This document shows positions 1 to 8,556 of a stretch of 64,000 nucleotides of DNA, piece by piece. How positions within the stretch are numbered: position 1 is the stretch's first letter; each line of letters starts with the position of its first letter. A program made the translations under genes and the position numbers. The notes below the pieces were generated by a model. The model had not been told where the DNA came from, did not search any database, and saw nothing but the letters and a program-made list of their open reading frames with translations. Location: the NCBI GenBank assembly GCA_963736675.1, contig CAVTPT010000002.1, positions 160,358 through 224,357 of the forward strand, written 5' to 3'. This DNA comes from an uncultured Bacteroidales bacterium (GTDB lineage Bacteria; Bacteroidota; Bacteroidia; Bacteroidales; VadinHA17).

Positions 1-126
1 GAGGTAAAGCAATGTCCTCTCTGTAAAAGTAATGAGATTACCGGCTGCATTGAAATGACGAATGAGGAGGATCAGGGGGATCAGTATATAAAACAATTTA
101 AACTTATAAATCAATCAGCGTGCTAA
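1..126 (+). CDS. partial CDS: C-terminal 41 codons of a gene starting upstream of the window (Cys-rich tail)
   Basis: Frame 1 is open from the window edge to TAA at 124-126. The CPLC...C...C tail resembles the Cys-rich C-terminus of the DUF134 protein at 17270-17674. Identity cannot be proven from 41 aa. Confidence 0.25.
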   Translation, partial: EVKQCPLCKSNEITGCIEMTNEEDQGDQYIKQFKLINQSAC

Positions 127-127
127 T

Positions 128-445
128 ATGAGAACAGCAATAACCAGTACGGGAAATTCTATCGGGAGCAAACTTGACCAGCGCTTCGGACGTTGTCTTT
201 ACTTTGTGATTTTTGATGATGAGACAGGCAGCACGGAATTTATTCCCAATCCGAACAAGGAAGCACTTGAAGGAGCGGGCCCGGCATCAGTACAGCTTGT
301 TGCTTCGCGCAATGTGAATAAAATCATCTCAGGAGAATTCGGGATCAAGATCAAGTCATTGCTCGAAAGTCTGAATATTCAGATGATTGTTTTAAAAGAA
401 CCTGAAAAGAGCATCGGAGAGATTATTCTAATGTTGAAAAATTAA
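128..445 (+). CDS. NifX/NifB-type (dinitrogenase Fe-Mo cofactor family, COG1433-like) small protein, Orp-like
   Basis: 105-aa ORF. N-terminal pattern (FGRCLYFVIFD) and size are typical of the NifX_NifB family. It lies next to MinD/ferredoxin ATPases, as in Orp clusters. Confidence 0.75.
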   Translation: MRTAITSTGNSIGSKLDQRFGRCLYFVIFDDETGSTEFIPNPNKEALEGAGPASVQLVASRNVNKIISGEFGIKIKSLLESLNIQMIVLKEPEKSIGEIILMLKN

Positions 446-457
446 ATAACGATCATT

Positions 458-640
458 ATGCCAAAAATGAATGGGACAGGGCCTGATGGGAAAGGACCGA
501 AAACAGGAAGAGCACTGGGAAAGTGCATAAAAAATACACCCGAAGAACTGGAAACCAAACTTGGAAAAGGACTTGGTAAGCGCTGGAATGCAGGAGGTGG
601 TACCGGTGAAGGTAAGAGAAACAGAAGTGGTTCAAAATAA
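458..640 (+). CDS. DUF5320 family small Gly/Lys-rich protein
   Basis: 60-aa ORF starting MPKMNGTGPDGKGPKTGRALGKC, matching the characteristic DUF5320 N-terminus (MPxxDGTGPxGxGPxTGRGxGxC). Typical genomic partner of NifX-like genes. Confidence 0.6.
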   Translation: MPKMNGTGPDGKGPKTGRALGKCIKNTPEELETKLGKGLGKRWNAGGGTGEGKRNRSGSK

Positions 641-660
641 TATTTAAACAGAATTTTTTA

Positions 661-720
661 TGAAACGAGCATGTTCGTTACAAACAAAAACACGGGTGAA
701 TATTCACATGCGAGTTACAT
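661..720. repeat. conserved hairpin element, copy A (TGAAAC-stem-CA[AG]ACA[AC]AAACACG loop-stem-GTTACAT)
   Basis: Stem 664-674 (aacgagcatgt) pairs with 706-716 (acatgcgagtt), with 2 internal mismatches. The loop carries acaaacaaaaacacg. Related to copies B, C and D. Confidence 0.5.
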
Positions 721-749
721 CCGGCCTTAAAAATTAAATAATATTCGGA

Positions 750-813
750 TGAAACCCACATGTATTGCAGACACAAACACGTATGTATATAATCTTCAGA
801 CATGTGGGTTACA
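750..813. repeat. conserved hairpin element, copy B
   Basis: 750-763 (tgaaacccacatgt) pairs with 800-813 (acatgtgggttaca) at 13 of 14 positions. The loop contains cagacacaaacacg. Confidence 0.6.
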
Positions 814-843
814 TCAGACCATTAAAATAAAAATTATATACTG

Positions 844-1182
844 ATGAAAAAACGTATCGCAATCCCGTTGGAAAACGGGATATTATGTTCTCATTTTGGT
901 CATTGTCAGCAATTTGCAATCCTTGATGCCGATAATAAAACAATTACAAATGAAATCCTGATCACCCCTCCTCCGCACGAGCCGGGTCTTTTGCCCGCAT
1001 GGCTGGCTGAAAAAGGAGTGACAGATGTAATAGCAGGCGGTATGGGACAAAGAGCTATTAACCTGTTCAACGGCCAGAAGATAAATGTATTTGTCGGGGC
1101 ACAACCTAAAGCTCCCAGGGAACTAGCAAATGAATTATTAAACGATTCACTGGCAGCAGGAGCAAATTGTTGTGATCATTAG
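844..1182 (+). CDS. NifX/NifB-type (COG1433-like) protein, Orp-like
   Basis: 112-aa ORF. HFGHCQQFAI and VIAGGMGQRA motifs are typical of the dinitrogenase FeMo-cofactor-binding family. Confidence 0.8.
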   Translation: MKKRIAIPLENGILCSHFGHCQQFAILDADNKTITNEILITPPPHEPGLLPAWLAEKGVTDVIAGGMGQRAINLFNGQKINVFVGAQPKAPRELANELLNDSLAAGANCCDH

Positions 1183-1193
1183 ATTTAACCGGG

Positions 1194-2069
1194 ATGATTT
1201 CAGATTACCGCTGTTTTTTTTGTTTTACCAGAGCATTTGAGAAACTACTTGTAAAAGAGGATGTCCCACTCCAAGCCAAAAACAGCTTTACCAATGAAAT
1301 GATAAGTCTGTATCATAATAACCGTGAAAGACTTACCGCCCCTGAATTTGCAAGGGCATTACATAATATTCTGAAAGTCTATACGCGGAATCACGACCCC
1401 TACAGGAATGAAAAAAAAGAGAGCAATGATGAAGCGCTCGGTATGATCCCACAGTTAAAAAAAATAATTGAAAGTTCTGCTGATCCATTCAACTGTGCTC
1501 TCAGGCTGGCAATAGCCGGGAATATTATCGACTTTGCAGCGAATGATGATTTTAACCTTAAGGCCACTATTGACAGGGCGCTTAAGGATGAATTTGCAAT
1601 CGATCATTCCGCGCAACTAAAGGAGGCCCTCAGCAAAGCTGAAAATATTTTATACCTGGGAGACAATGCCGGCGAGATCGTGTTTGACAAGTTGTTTATT
1701 GATACTCTCGGCCACCCGGGGATCACTTATGCTGTAAGAGGGGCTCCGGTTATTAATGATGCCACAATGGAAGATGCACTGTATACAGGAATGCAAAGCT
1801 CGGCAAGGGTAATTTCCAACGGTTATGATGCCCCGTCAACCATAGTTGGAAAATCTGCAGCTGAGTTCCGTGAATATTTTGACAGTGCTGATCTTATAAT
1901 CTCAAAAGGACAGGGTAATCTTGAAGGACTGATTGACGGGAATGACAGCCGTATCTTTTATCTGCTCATGGTAAAATGCGATGTTATTGCAGAATTACTG
2001 AATGTAAGGAAAGAGAGCCTTGTTGTGTTTAATACGGCTGAAGAACAGATGCGGCACGACAGGGATTAA
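1194..2069 (+). CDS. DUF89 (ARMT1-like damage-control phosphatase) family protein
   Basis: 291-aa ORF with GDNAGEIVFD and ISKGQGN motifs characteristic of DUF89. Confidence 0.7.
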   Translation: MISDYRCFFCFTRAFEKLLVKEDVPLQAKNSFTNEMISLYHNNRERLTAPEFARALHNILKVYTRNHDPYRNEKKESNDEALGMIPQLKKIIESSADPFNCALRLAIAGNIIDFAANDDFNLKATIDRALKDEFAIDHSAQLKEALSKAENILYLGDNAGEIVFDKLFIDTLGHPGITYAVRGAPVINDATMEDALYTGMQSSARVISNGYDAPSTIVGKSAAEFREYFDSADLIISKGQGNLEGLIDGNDSRIFYLLMVKCDVIAELLNVRKESLVVFNTAEEQMRHDRD

Positions 2070-2081
2070 AAGAGATGCAAA

Positions 2082-3008
2082 ATGAGGAACAGGAAAAGTA
2101 CTTTTAATTATCTGATTTACAATAATATGTTCAGGATTGCAATAGCCAGCGGAAAAGGCGGGACAGGTAAAACTTTTGTTGCTACAAATATTTTTTCAAC
2201 ACTGATAAAACAGAATATCAGCAGCTTATTAATTGACTGTGACGCCGAGGCTCCGAATTCGGTCGCATTTTTTGATGCGGTACAGGTCAGTAAATCAGAT
2301 GTTGCTCACCTGGTACCGGTTATAGACACCAATGTATGCACTTTTTGCGGGAGATGCCATGAATATTGCAGTTACAACGCAATTTTTATCCTGCCACATG
2401 TCAGGATAATCAGCGTTATTGAGGACCTCTGTCATGGTTGCGGAGCCTGCTCCGTTGCCTGTGAGGAGGGAGCCATTTCTGAAAAATCCAATTCTCTCGG
2501 ACAGGTTATATCCTACTCAATCAATGGTAGTGAACCTGTAATTTTTGAGGCAAGGATGAATATTGGTGTCATGTCGCCGGTAAACATTATCAAGGCGGCA
2601 ATAAGACAGGCCGGTACAGAAAAGGATATCGCAATTCTTGATTCACCTCCGGGTACATCGTGTCCTTTTATCCAGACGGTGGCAACAGCCGATTATACAA
2701 TACTGGTAACAGAACCGACTCCGTTCGGACTAAGTGATCTAAGGCAAAGTGTTGAAACACTACGCGAAATGAATAAATTGTTCGGCGTTATTATAAACCG
2801 GGCCGGATCAGGCAATGAAGATGTTAATGAGTATCTCGGGAAAGAAAATATCCCGCTGCTTCTTGAGATCCCTTTTAAAAAAGAGATCGCTTCAATTTAC
2901 TCGACAGGCAACCTGGTCTGTGATACCGATCCATTGTTATCAAAACAACTAACCGAAGTAATAAGTAACATTATATTACTACATGGAAATAGCAATAATC
3001 AGCGGTAA
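2082..3008 (+). CDS. MinD/ParA-superfamily P-loop ATPase with inserted 4Fe-4S ferredoxin domain (COG1149-like, Orp DVU2103/2104-like)
   Basis: Walker A SGKGGTGKT plus two CxxCxxCxxxC clusters (CTFCGRCHEYC, CHGCGACSVAC). The likely true start is the ATG at 2127 (MFRIAIASGKGG). Confidence 0.8.
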   Translation: MRNRKSTFNYLIYNNMFRIAIASGKGGTGKTFVATNIFSTLIKQNISSLLIDCDAEAPNSVAFFDAVQVSKSDVAHLVPVIDTNVCTFCGRCHEYCSYNAIFILPHVRIISVIEDLCHGCGACSVACEEGAISEKSNSLGQVISYSINGSEPVIFEARMNIGVMSPVNIIKAAIRQAGTEKDIAILDSPPGTSCPFIQTVATADYTILVTEPTPFGLSDLRQSVETLREMNKLFGVIINRAGSGNEDVNEYLGKENIPLLLEIPFKKEIASIYSTGNLVCDTDPLLSKQLTEVISNIILLHGNSNNQR

Positions 3009-3849
3009 GGGAGGAACCGGTAAATCAAGCCTCTGCGCAGTATTTGCAACTCTTGACGGAAATGTTGTACTTGCTGATTGTGACGTGGATGCAGCTAACC
3101 TGTTTCTGATCTTTGAACCTACTCATGAGGAAGAAAAGGCATATGTCGCAGGCCATAAGGCTGTTATCGATTACACTCTCTGTACAAATTGTACAAGATG
3201 TATTGATTATTGCCGCTTTGATGCAATTTCACTTTTTGAAGGATCGGTTACAATATCTGAAATTTCGTGCGACGGATGCTTCCTTTGTTCCCGCATATGC
3301 CCTGAGAAAGCTATTGCGATGAAACCAAACAACAGGAGCAGAATGTATTCAGGGAACTTCAGAAATGGCAAAATAGTTTATGGACGCCTTGCTCCCGGTG
3401 AAGAAAACAGCGGGAAACTTGTCAGTATGGTCCGGGAAAAATCGAGGGAAGTGGCCGAAAAAAATGGGCTGGACACAATAATTATTGATGGTCCTCCCGG
3501 GATAGGATGCCCTGTAATATCGACTATTACAGGAGTTGATAAGGTTGTGATTGTTACTGAACCAACTATCTCGGGCCTGCACGACCTCCGGAGAAGCCTT
3601 GAAGTTGTTGGTAAATTTGACCTGACATCCACGGTAATAATAAACAAAACGGATATTAACGTACCTGTCAGTAAGGCTATTGAAGAGTATTGTGAATCTA
3701 TCGGGATTAAGGTTGCTGGTAAACTACCTTTCGAACCCCTTATTACAAAGGCCATGATTTCAAAAATGAGCATAAACGAGTTAGATAACACATTGATTAT
3801 AAGTAGAGAAATCCAAAAAATATGGAGTATAATTTTAACAGATAAATGA
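2983..3849 (+). CDS. second MinD/ParA-superfamily ATPase with 4Fe-4S ferredoxin domain
   Basis: Walker A SGKGGTGKS plus CTNCTRCIDYC and CDGCFLCSRIC. Overlaps the previous gene by 26 nt. Confidence 0.8.
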   Translation: MEIAIISGKGGTGKSSLCAVFATLDGNVVLADCDVDAANLFLIFEPTHEEEKAYVAGHKAVIDYTLCTNCTRCIDYCRFDAISLFEGSVTISEISCDGCFLCSRICPEKAIAMKPNNRSRMYSGNFRNGKIVYGRLAPGEENSGKLVSMVREKSREVAEKNGLDTIIIDGPPGIGCPVISTITGVDKVVIVTEPTISGLHDLRRSLEVVGKFDLTSTVIINKTDINVPVSKAIEEYCESIGIKVAGKLPFEPLITKAMISKMSINELDNTLIISREIQKIWSIILTDK

Positions 3850-4652
3850 TTATGGAAAATGTATTTGAAAAGATCCCCATGGAAGGGGTAAAGAATATTA
3901 TTGTTGTTGCATCAGGCAAAGGCGGAGTCGGGAAATCGACAGTTGCGGCTAACCTGGCAATAGCAATGGCACGAAACGGCTATCGCACCGCACTCGTAGA
4001 TGCTGATATCTTTGGTCCTTCAATACCTAAGATGTTCGGTATTGAAGATGCCCGACCCGATGTCTCAGCTATCGGCGATAAAGAGATGATATTTCCGATC
4101 ATAAAATACGGGGTAAAAATAATCTCTATTGGATTCTTCATCGACCAGAGCCAGAGTCTTATATGGCGGGGTCCTATGGCAGCTAAAGCCCTGACCCAGC
4201 TTTTTGAGAACACTCAGTGGGGCGATATAGATTATATGATAATCGATTTCCCTCCCGGAACAAGCGATATCCAGCTCACTTCTGTCCAGAAACTGAATAT
4301 CACCGGAGCTATCATTGTGACCACTCCCCAGGAGATTGCAATCAATGATGCACGAAAAGCAGCATCCATGTTCATGAATCCTGACCTGAAAGTCCCTATT
4401 TTAGGAATAATTGAGAATATGTCGTGGTTCACTCCCGATAATCATCCCGACGAGGCTTACTATGTTTTCGGTAAGGGAGGCGGACTCAAACTGGCAAAAG
4501 AATTTGATACAAAGCTCCTTGGCCAGATCCCCCTCGTGCTTGAAGTCGGAGAGGCTGCTGAACATGGACTCAGTATTTTCAGCCAGAAAAATAAACTTGT
4601 GGTAACTGCCTTTGAAAAAATTTCAGAACAAATTATTTCAAAACAGGAATAA
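3846..4652 (+). CDS. Mrp/NBP35 (ApbC-type) iron-sulfur cluster carrier ATPase
   Basis: VASGKGGVGKST Walker A, DxPPGT motif (IIDFPPGTSD) and ENMS motif (GIIENMSWF). 4-nt overlap with the upstream gene. Confidence 0.85.
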   Translation: MIMENVFEKIPMEGVKNIIVVASGKGGVGKSTVAANLAIAMARNGYRTALVDADIFGPSIPKMFGIEDARPDVSAIGDKEMIFPIIKYGVKIISIGFFIDQSQSLIWRGPMAAKALTQLFENTQWGDIDYMIIDFPPGTSDIQLTSVQKLNITGAIIVTTPQEIAINDARKAASMFMNPDLKVPILGIIENMSWFTPDNHPDEAYYVFGKGGGLKLAKEFDTKLLGQIPLVLEVGEAAEHGLSIFSQKNKLVVTAFEKISEQIISKQE

Positions 4653-4682
4653 AATATTACTTTTACACTAAATCGTGTTACG

Positions 4683-5084
4683 ATGAGTGTCGTCCGTTTC
4701 AGTGTAAGTCTTGAAGAGGAATTATTAAACGAGCTTGATCTGTTTGCTAATGATAACAGTTTTGCAAACAGATCGCAGGCTTTAAGAAACCTTATAGAGA
4801 AGAATATAGTTGAGAAAAAATGGCACTGCAACAACCTTGTTGCCGGTGCCATTATTATGATATTTGACCATCATAAGAAAGATATAATATCCCGGTCAAA
4901 TGATATCCAGCACGATTATTACGATGTCATCCTCTCCTCACAGCATTTTCACCTGAGTCATAACATATGCCTCGAGATTATTGCCGTTAAGGGATTGGCC
5001 AAACGGCTGACCGAATTATCTGAAAAGCTGATAAGCATTAAAGGGATCAGGCATGGGAAACTTGCTATGAGCAAAACCGACTAA
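4683..5084 (+). CDS. nikR: nickel-responsive regulator NikR (ribbon-helix-helix + ACT-like metal-binding domain)
   Basis: N-terminal RHH (VRFSVSLEEELLNELD...NRSQALRNLI). C-terminal HFHLSHNIC reproduces the HxH-x5-C high-affinity Ni site spacing of E. coli NikR. Confidence 0.75.
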   Translation: MSVVRFSVSLEEELLNELDLFANDNSFANRSQALRNLIEKNIVEKKWHCNNLVAGAIIMIFDHHKKDIISRSNDIQHDYYDVILSSQHFHLSHNICLEIIAVKGLAKRLTELSEKLISIKGIRHGKLAMSKTD

Positions 5085-5138
5085 AAAAAATTTAAAATAT
5101 AAGTAACACTATTTTTATTATTCGTAATACTTTCAACA

Positions 5139-6971
5139 ATGATTAAACATTTTACCTTACTTGCCTGCTTAGCCACCCTGACCATAAATGGAATTTCTCA
5201 GGAAGATATCAGGAGCATTTTACAGGATACCGTTAATCTCGATGAAGTTGTAGTAACAGGAACCACAGTAAGAGTGAACAGGAGTAATATACCTATGGCA
5301 GTCACGGTGGTTAACACAAGACAGATAAATGAGAGTATTGAAACTGCTTTGCTTCCGGTACTGAACGGAAGGGTACCCGGATTATTTGTGACAGAGCGAG
5401 GGATTATGGGTTTCGGCGTTTCGGCAGGTGCCGCGGGCCAGATTTCGATAAGGGGCATAGGTGGCAGCCCTACAACGGGCGTTCTGATGCTGATCGATGG
5501 GCATCCTCAGTTCATGGGCATATTCGGGCATCCTCTGCCCGATTCTTATGTAGCGTCCGATGTGGAAAAAGTAGAAGTCATCCGTGGTCCGGCATCAATC
5601 CTTTACGGATCGAATGCGATGGGGGGAGTTATTAATATTATCACCAAAAAGCAGAAAGAGGAGGGTTTACATGGGAACACTCATATTTTGTATGGTTCGT
5701 ATAACACACAGAAATACATGGCATCGGCAGGATATAAGAAGAATAACTTCAGCGCATTTGCTTCGGTCAATCATGATCAGACAGACGGACATCGGAGTAA
5801 TTCCGATTTTAAAATAACAAACGGTTATGTCAAGATTGGATATGCGATAAGCAATAATCTGGATGTCAGCGCCGATTTCAGCCTTGCACATTTCAATGCA
5901 CAGGATCCGGGACCCGATACAGTCAATGCCAATCCCGGATACAATCTGGATGTTACGAGAGGATACTGGTCGCTTACTATGAATAATAATTACGCAAAAT
6001 ATTCAGGAACCGTAAAACTTTTCTACAATTTCGGCGAGCACAAAATATCTGACGGATTTCATTCAAATGATAATAATTATGGTGTAAATATTTTTGAAAC
6101 TGTCCGTCTTTTCAAAGGAAATACAGTGACCCTCGGCGCCGATTATCTTTTATACGGGGGGAAAGCTGACAATGAGCTCTACGGAACATTTATTACCGAT
6201 ACATCAATCTATGATGCAGGAGTATACGGATTTATGCAACAGACTCTTTTTAAAAAGCTGACACTAAATGCCGGTCTCCGCATGCAAAATCATCAGACTT
6301 ATGGAACAGAATGGATACCTGCCGGTGGATTTGCCTGGAAAATAGCCGGGAACACTACCTGGAAAACATCTGTTGCCAAAGGATTCCGTTCACCTACAAT
6401 AAGGGAACTCTTTATCTGGAACCACAACGTAAATCTTAAACCTGAAAGGATTCTAAACTACGAAACAGGAATAATGCAATCGTTTGTGCAGAATAAAATC
6501 AGACTTGAACTGACCGGGTTCATCGTTTCCGGAGAAGATATGATAATTACTGTTCCGATGCAGGGACTGCAGAATGCCGGTGAGATCCATAATAAAGGGA
6601 TAGAATTCTCGGCCAATACAAATGTTACGGAAAACCTTTCATTTAACCTTACTTATTCATATACTCATATGAAAAACACGGTTTATGCCACACCAAGGCA
6701 TAATATCTTTGCAAGCTGCGATTACACCTGGAAAAAGCTTCAGACCATGATAAGCATCCAGCATATTGATCGTCTCGATACTGATCCCCTGGCAGGTAAT
6801 GAAAAATTTGAAACATATACACTGCTAAACTCAAAAATATCGTACAAACTTATGAAATGGGGCGAGTTGTTTATCAGTGCTGAGAACATCCTGAACCAGC
6901 AATACGAAAATAACGTCTATTACCCGATGCCCGGGATCACCCTGTTTGGCGGAATAAAAATGAGATTCTGA
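5139..6971 (+). CDS. TonB-dependent outer-membrane receptor (small, 610 aa; candidate metal/Ni-Co transporter)
   Basis: Signal peptide, plug motifs (VVVTGT..., IEVIRGPASILYGSNAMGGVINIITK) and a terminal aromatic (MRF). Lies directly downstream of nikR. Confidence 0.85.
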   Translation: MIKHFTLLACLATLTINGISQEDIRSILQDTVNLDEVVVTGTTVRVNRSNIPMAVTVVNTRQINESIETALLPVLNGRVPGLFVTERGIMGFGVSAGAAGQISIRGIGGSPTTGVLMLIDGHPQFMGIFGHPLPDSYVASDVEKVEVIRGPASILYGSNAMGGVINIITKKQKEEGLHGNTHILYGSYNTQKYMASAGYKKNNFSAFASVNHDQTDGHRSNSDFKITNGYVKIGYAISNNLDVSADFSLAHFNAQDPGPDTVNANPGYNLDVTRGYWSLTMNNNYAKYSGTVKLFYNFGEHKISDGFHSNDNNYGVNIFETVRLFKGNTVTLGADYLLYGGKADNELYGTFITDTSIYDAGVYGFMQQTLFKKLTLNAGLRMQNHQTYGTEWIPAGGFAWKIAGNTTWKTSVAKGFRSPTIRELFIWNHNVNLKPERILNYETGIMQSFVQNKIRLELTGFIVSGEDMIITVPMQGLQNAGEIHNKGIEFSANTNVTENLSFNLTYSYTHMKNTVYATPRHNIFASCDYTWKKLQTMISIQHIDRLDTDPLAGNEKFETYTLLNSKISYKLMKWGELFISAENILNQQYENNVYYPMPGITLFGGIKMRF

Positions 6972-7018
6972 TCAACTGTAACCATTAACTTTCAGGCTTT
7001 ACGCGAAAATAAACAAGT

Positions 7019-8386
7019 ATGAAGAAATATTCAACACTGCTGTTCTTATCACTCCTGTCATATAATATCCTGGCAAGTCCTATGCACTTTAAGCTGAAGC
7101 ATTCTGTAATAATCGATACGGATGCTGATGACAGCGATCTCAGGAGTATCAGCCTGCTCTTACACCTTTCGCAGATAAATATTAAAGCCATCGTGATATC
7201 AGGTAACATCCCCGGCCAGTCCGGGAGACTCGAAAGAATAAGAGAACTGCTGCGTAAAACAGGTGCAGATACCATTCCGGTAAGCCTGATAGCGGATAAT
7301 TCCATCGAAAAACATAATAGTAAAGGCAAAAAACAAAATAATTTATCAGAGAGCGTTAAAATGAGCATTGATATTCTCAGGACGGATAATGACACAGTTA
7401 TTTTTGTCTGCCTTGGCTCACTCACTAATTTGGCTCAGCTGTTTCAGCACGATCTCTCACTGGCCGGTAAGATTGAAGAAATAATATGGTATAATAATTC
7501 AGTCATCCCTCCTGTTGCCGACAACTTCACCGACTATGGTGAAGAAGCGGATTTCGTATTAAGATCCGGAGTAGCAATTGATATAATCTCAAACCTTGAT
7601 TATATTAATGCCGGATTCCCGGGGATAAAATATTCACCCGCTTCTTTCGAAGATAATAGCTTTGAAAGATCTTTTGGTCTTACTGAAGAGCTTGTAGCAA
7701 TAGCACTGGCAAATCATGAGCTTTTTGAGATGAGACCTCTTTCAACCGGATCGCCTGTCCGCTATAATGTAAAATACAACACGAGGGCTGTAAATGAAGT
7801 AATCTCCGATATAGTAAAAGGTAACTACAAGCCAGGTCATTTTGTTGCCTTTAACGGGTTTCCGCTTAATCCGGAGATCTACACATATGATGTCAGGCTT
7901 ATTATGGATGAAGCCATGGCAAAACATGGAGTTGAAGAGTGGAAAGCATGTGTTATGACGGATGAATTTCATGGACACCTTGGGGTATACTCCATTATCG
8001 GGGCAAAAATGGGGATACTGGCGAGAGAGTACTTCGGAGTCTCAACCGATCTTCTGAAGATAGGATCCTATGCAGGCTCCATAACACCATTCAGTTGCAT
8101 GAACGATGGCCTACAGGTAAGTACAGGGGCAACCCTCGGACAGGGAACGATCCATCTCATAGATGATCCTGTTACAAAGCCTCATGCCATTTTCACTTAT
8201 AATGGCAAATCCATACTTATTAAGCTGAAGTCCGGATACCAGGAAAAACTTAAAGAGTTAATAAAAGAGGGTGCAGCGAATTTCGGTCTGGAGGATGAAG
8301 ATTACTGGTTCATGGTCCGCCAGAGTGCAATAAGATTCTGGCTTGAGTGGGACCGCAATGAAATTTTTGAGATATCAACAATCTGA
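7019..8386 (+). CDS. secreted fusion protein: inosine-uridine nucleoside-hydrolase-like N-domain + FmdE-like C-domain
   Basis: Signal peptide. IIDTDADDSD resembles the IUNH DTDxxxDD motif. The C-terminus (FHGHLGVYSIIGAKMG ... SCMNDGLQVSTGATLGQG) resembles FmdE family motifs. Confidence 0.55.
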   Translation: MKKYSTLLFLSLLSYNILASPMHFKLKHSVIIDTDADDSDLRSISLLLHLSQINIKAIVISGNIPGQSGRLERIRELLRKTGADTIPVSLIADNSIEKHNSKGKKQNNLSESVKMSIDILRTDNDTVIFVCLGSLTNLAQLFQHDLSLAGKIEEIIWYNNSVIPPVADNFTDYGEEADFVLRSGVAIDIISNLDYINAGFPGIKYSPASFEDNSFERSFGLTEELVAIALANHELFEMRPLSTGSPVRYNVKYNTRAVNEVISDIVKGNYKPGHFVAFNGFPLNPEIYTYDVRLIMDEAMAKHGVEEWKACVMTDEFHGHLGVYSIIGAKMGILAREYFGVSTDLLKIGSYAGSITPFSCMNDGLQVSTGATLGQGTIHLIDDPVTKPHAIFTYNGKSILIKLKSGYQEKLKELIKEGAANFGLEDEDYWFMVRQSAIRFWLEWDRNEIFEISTI

Positions 8387-8556
8387 ATATCAGCTATTTT
8401 ACATTTATTATAAACATGTCACTCAGTCGGGTTTCAGAAAGTATCTATTTTTTTAATATCCGATCAGATACGATAATCTGTGTCATATTATTTTAAAAGA
8501 GCCGGCTTGGTAATCTGGAAGGATAGGTATTTTCATTGATATTTAGCAGAAAGATC

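Noticed and set aside
3378-4852. Antisense ORFs within the MinD/Mrp/NikR genes (3378-3791, 3980-4213, 4232-4432 and 4460-4852), and similar shadow ORFs inside GH67, GH3, GH115, xylA and xylB
   Set aside because: Each is fully nested opposite a gene with strong family motifs. No independent evidence supports them.
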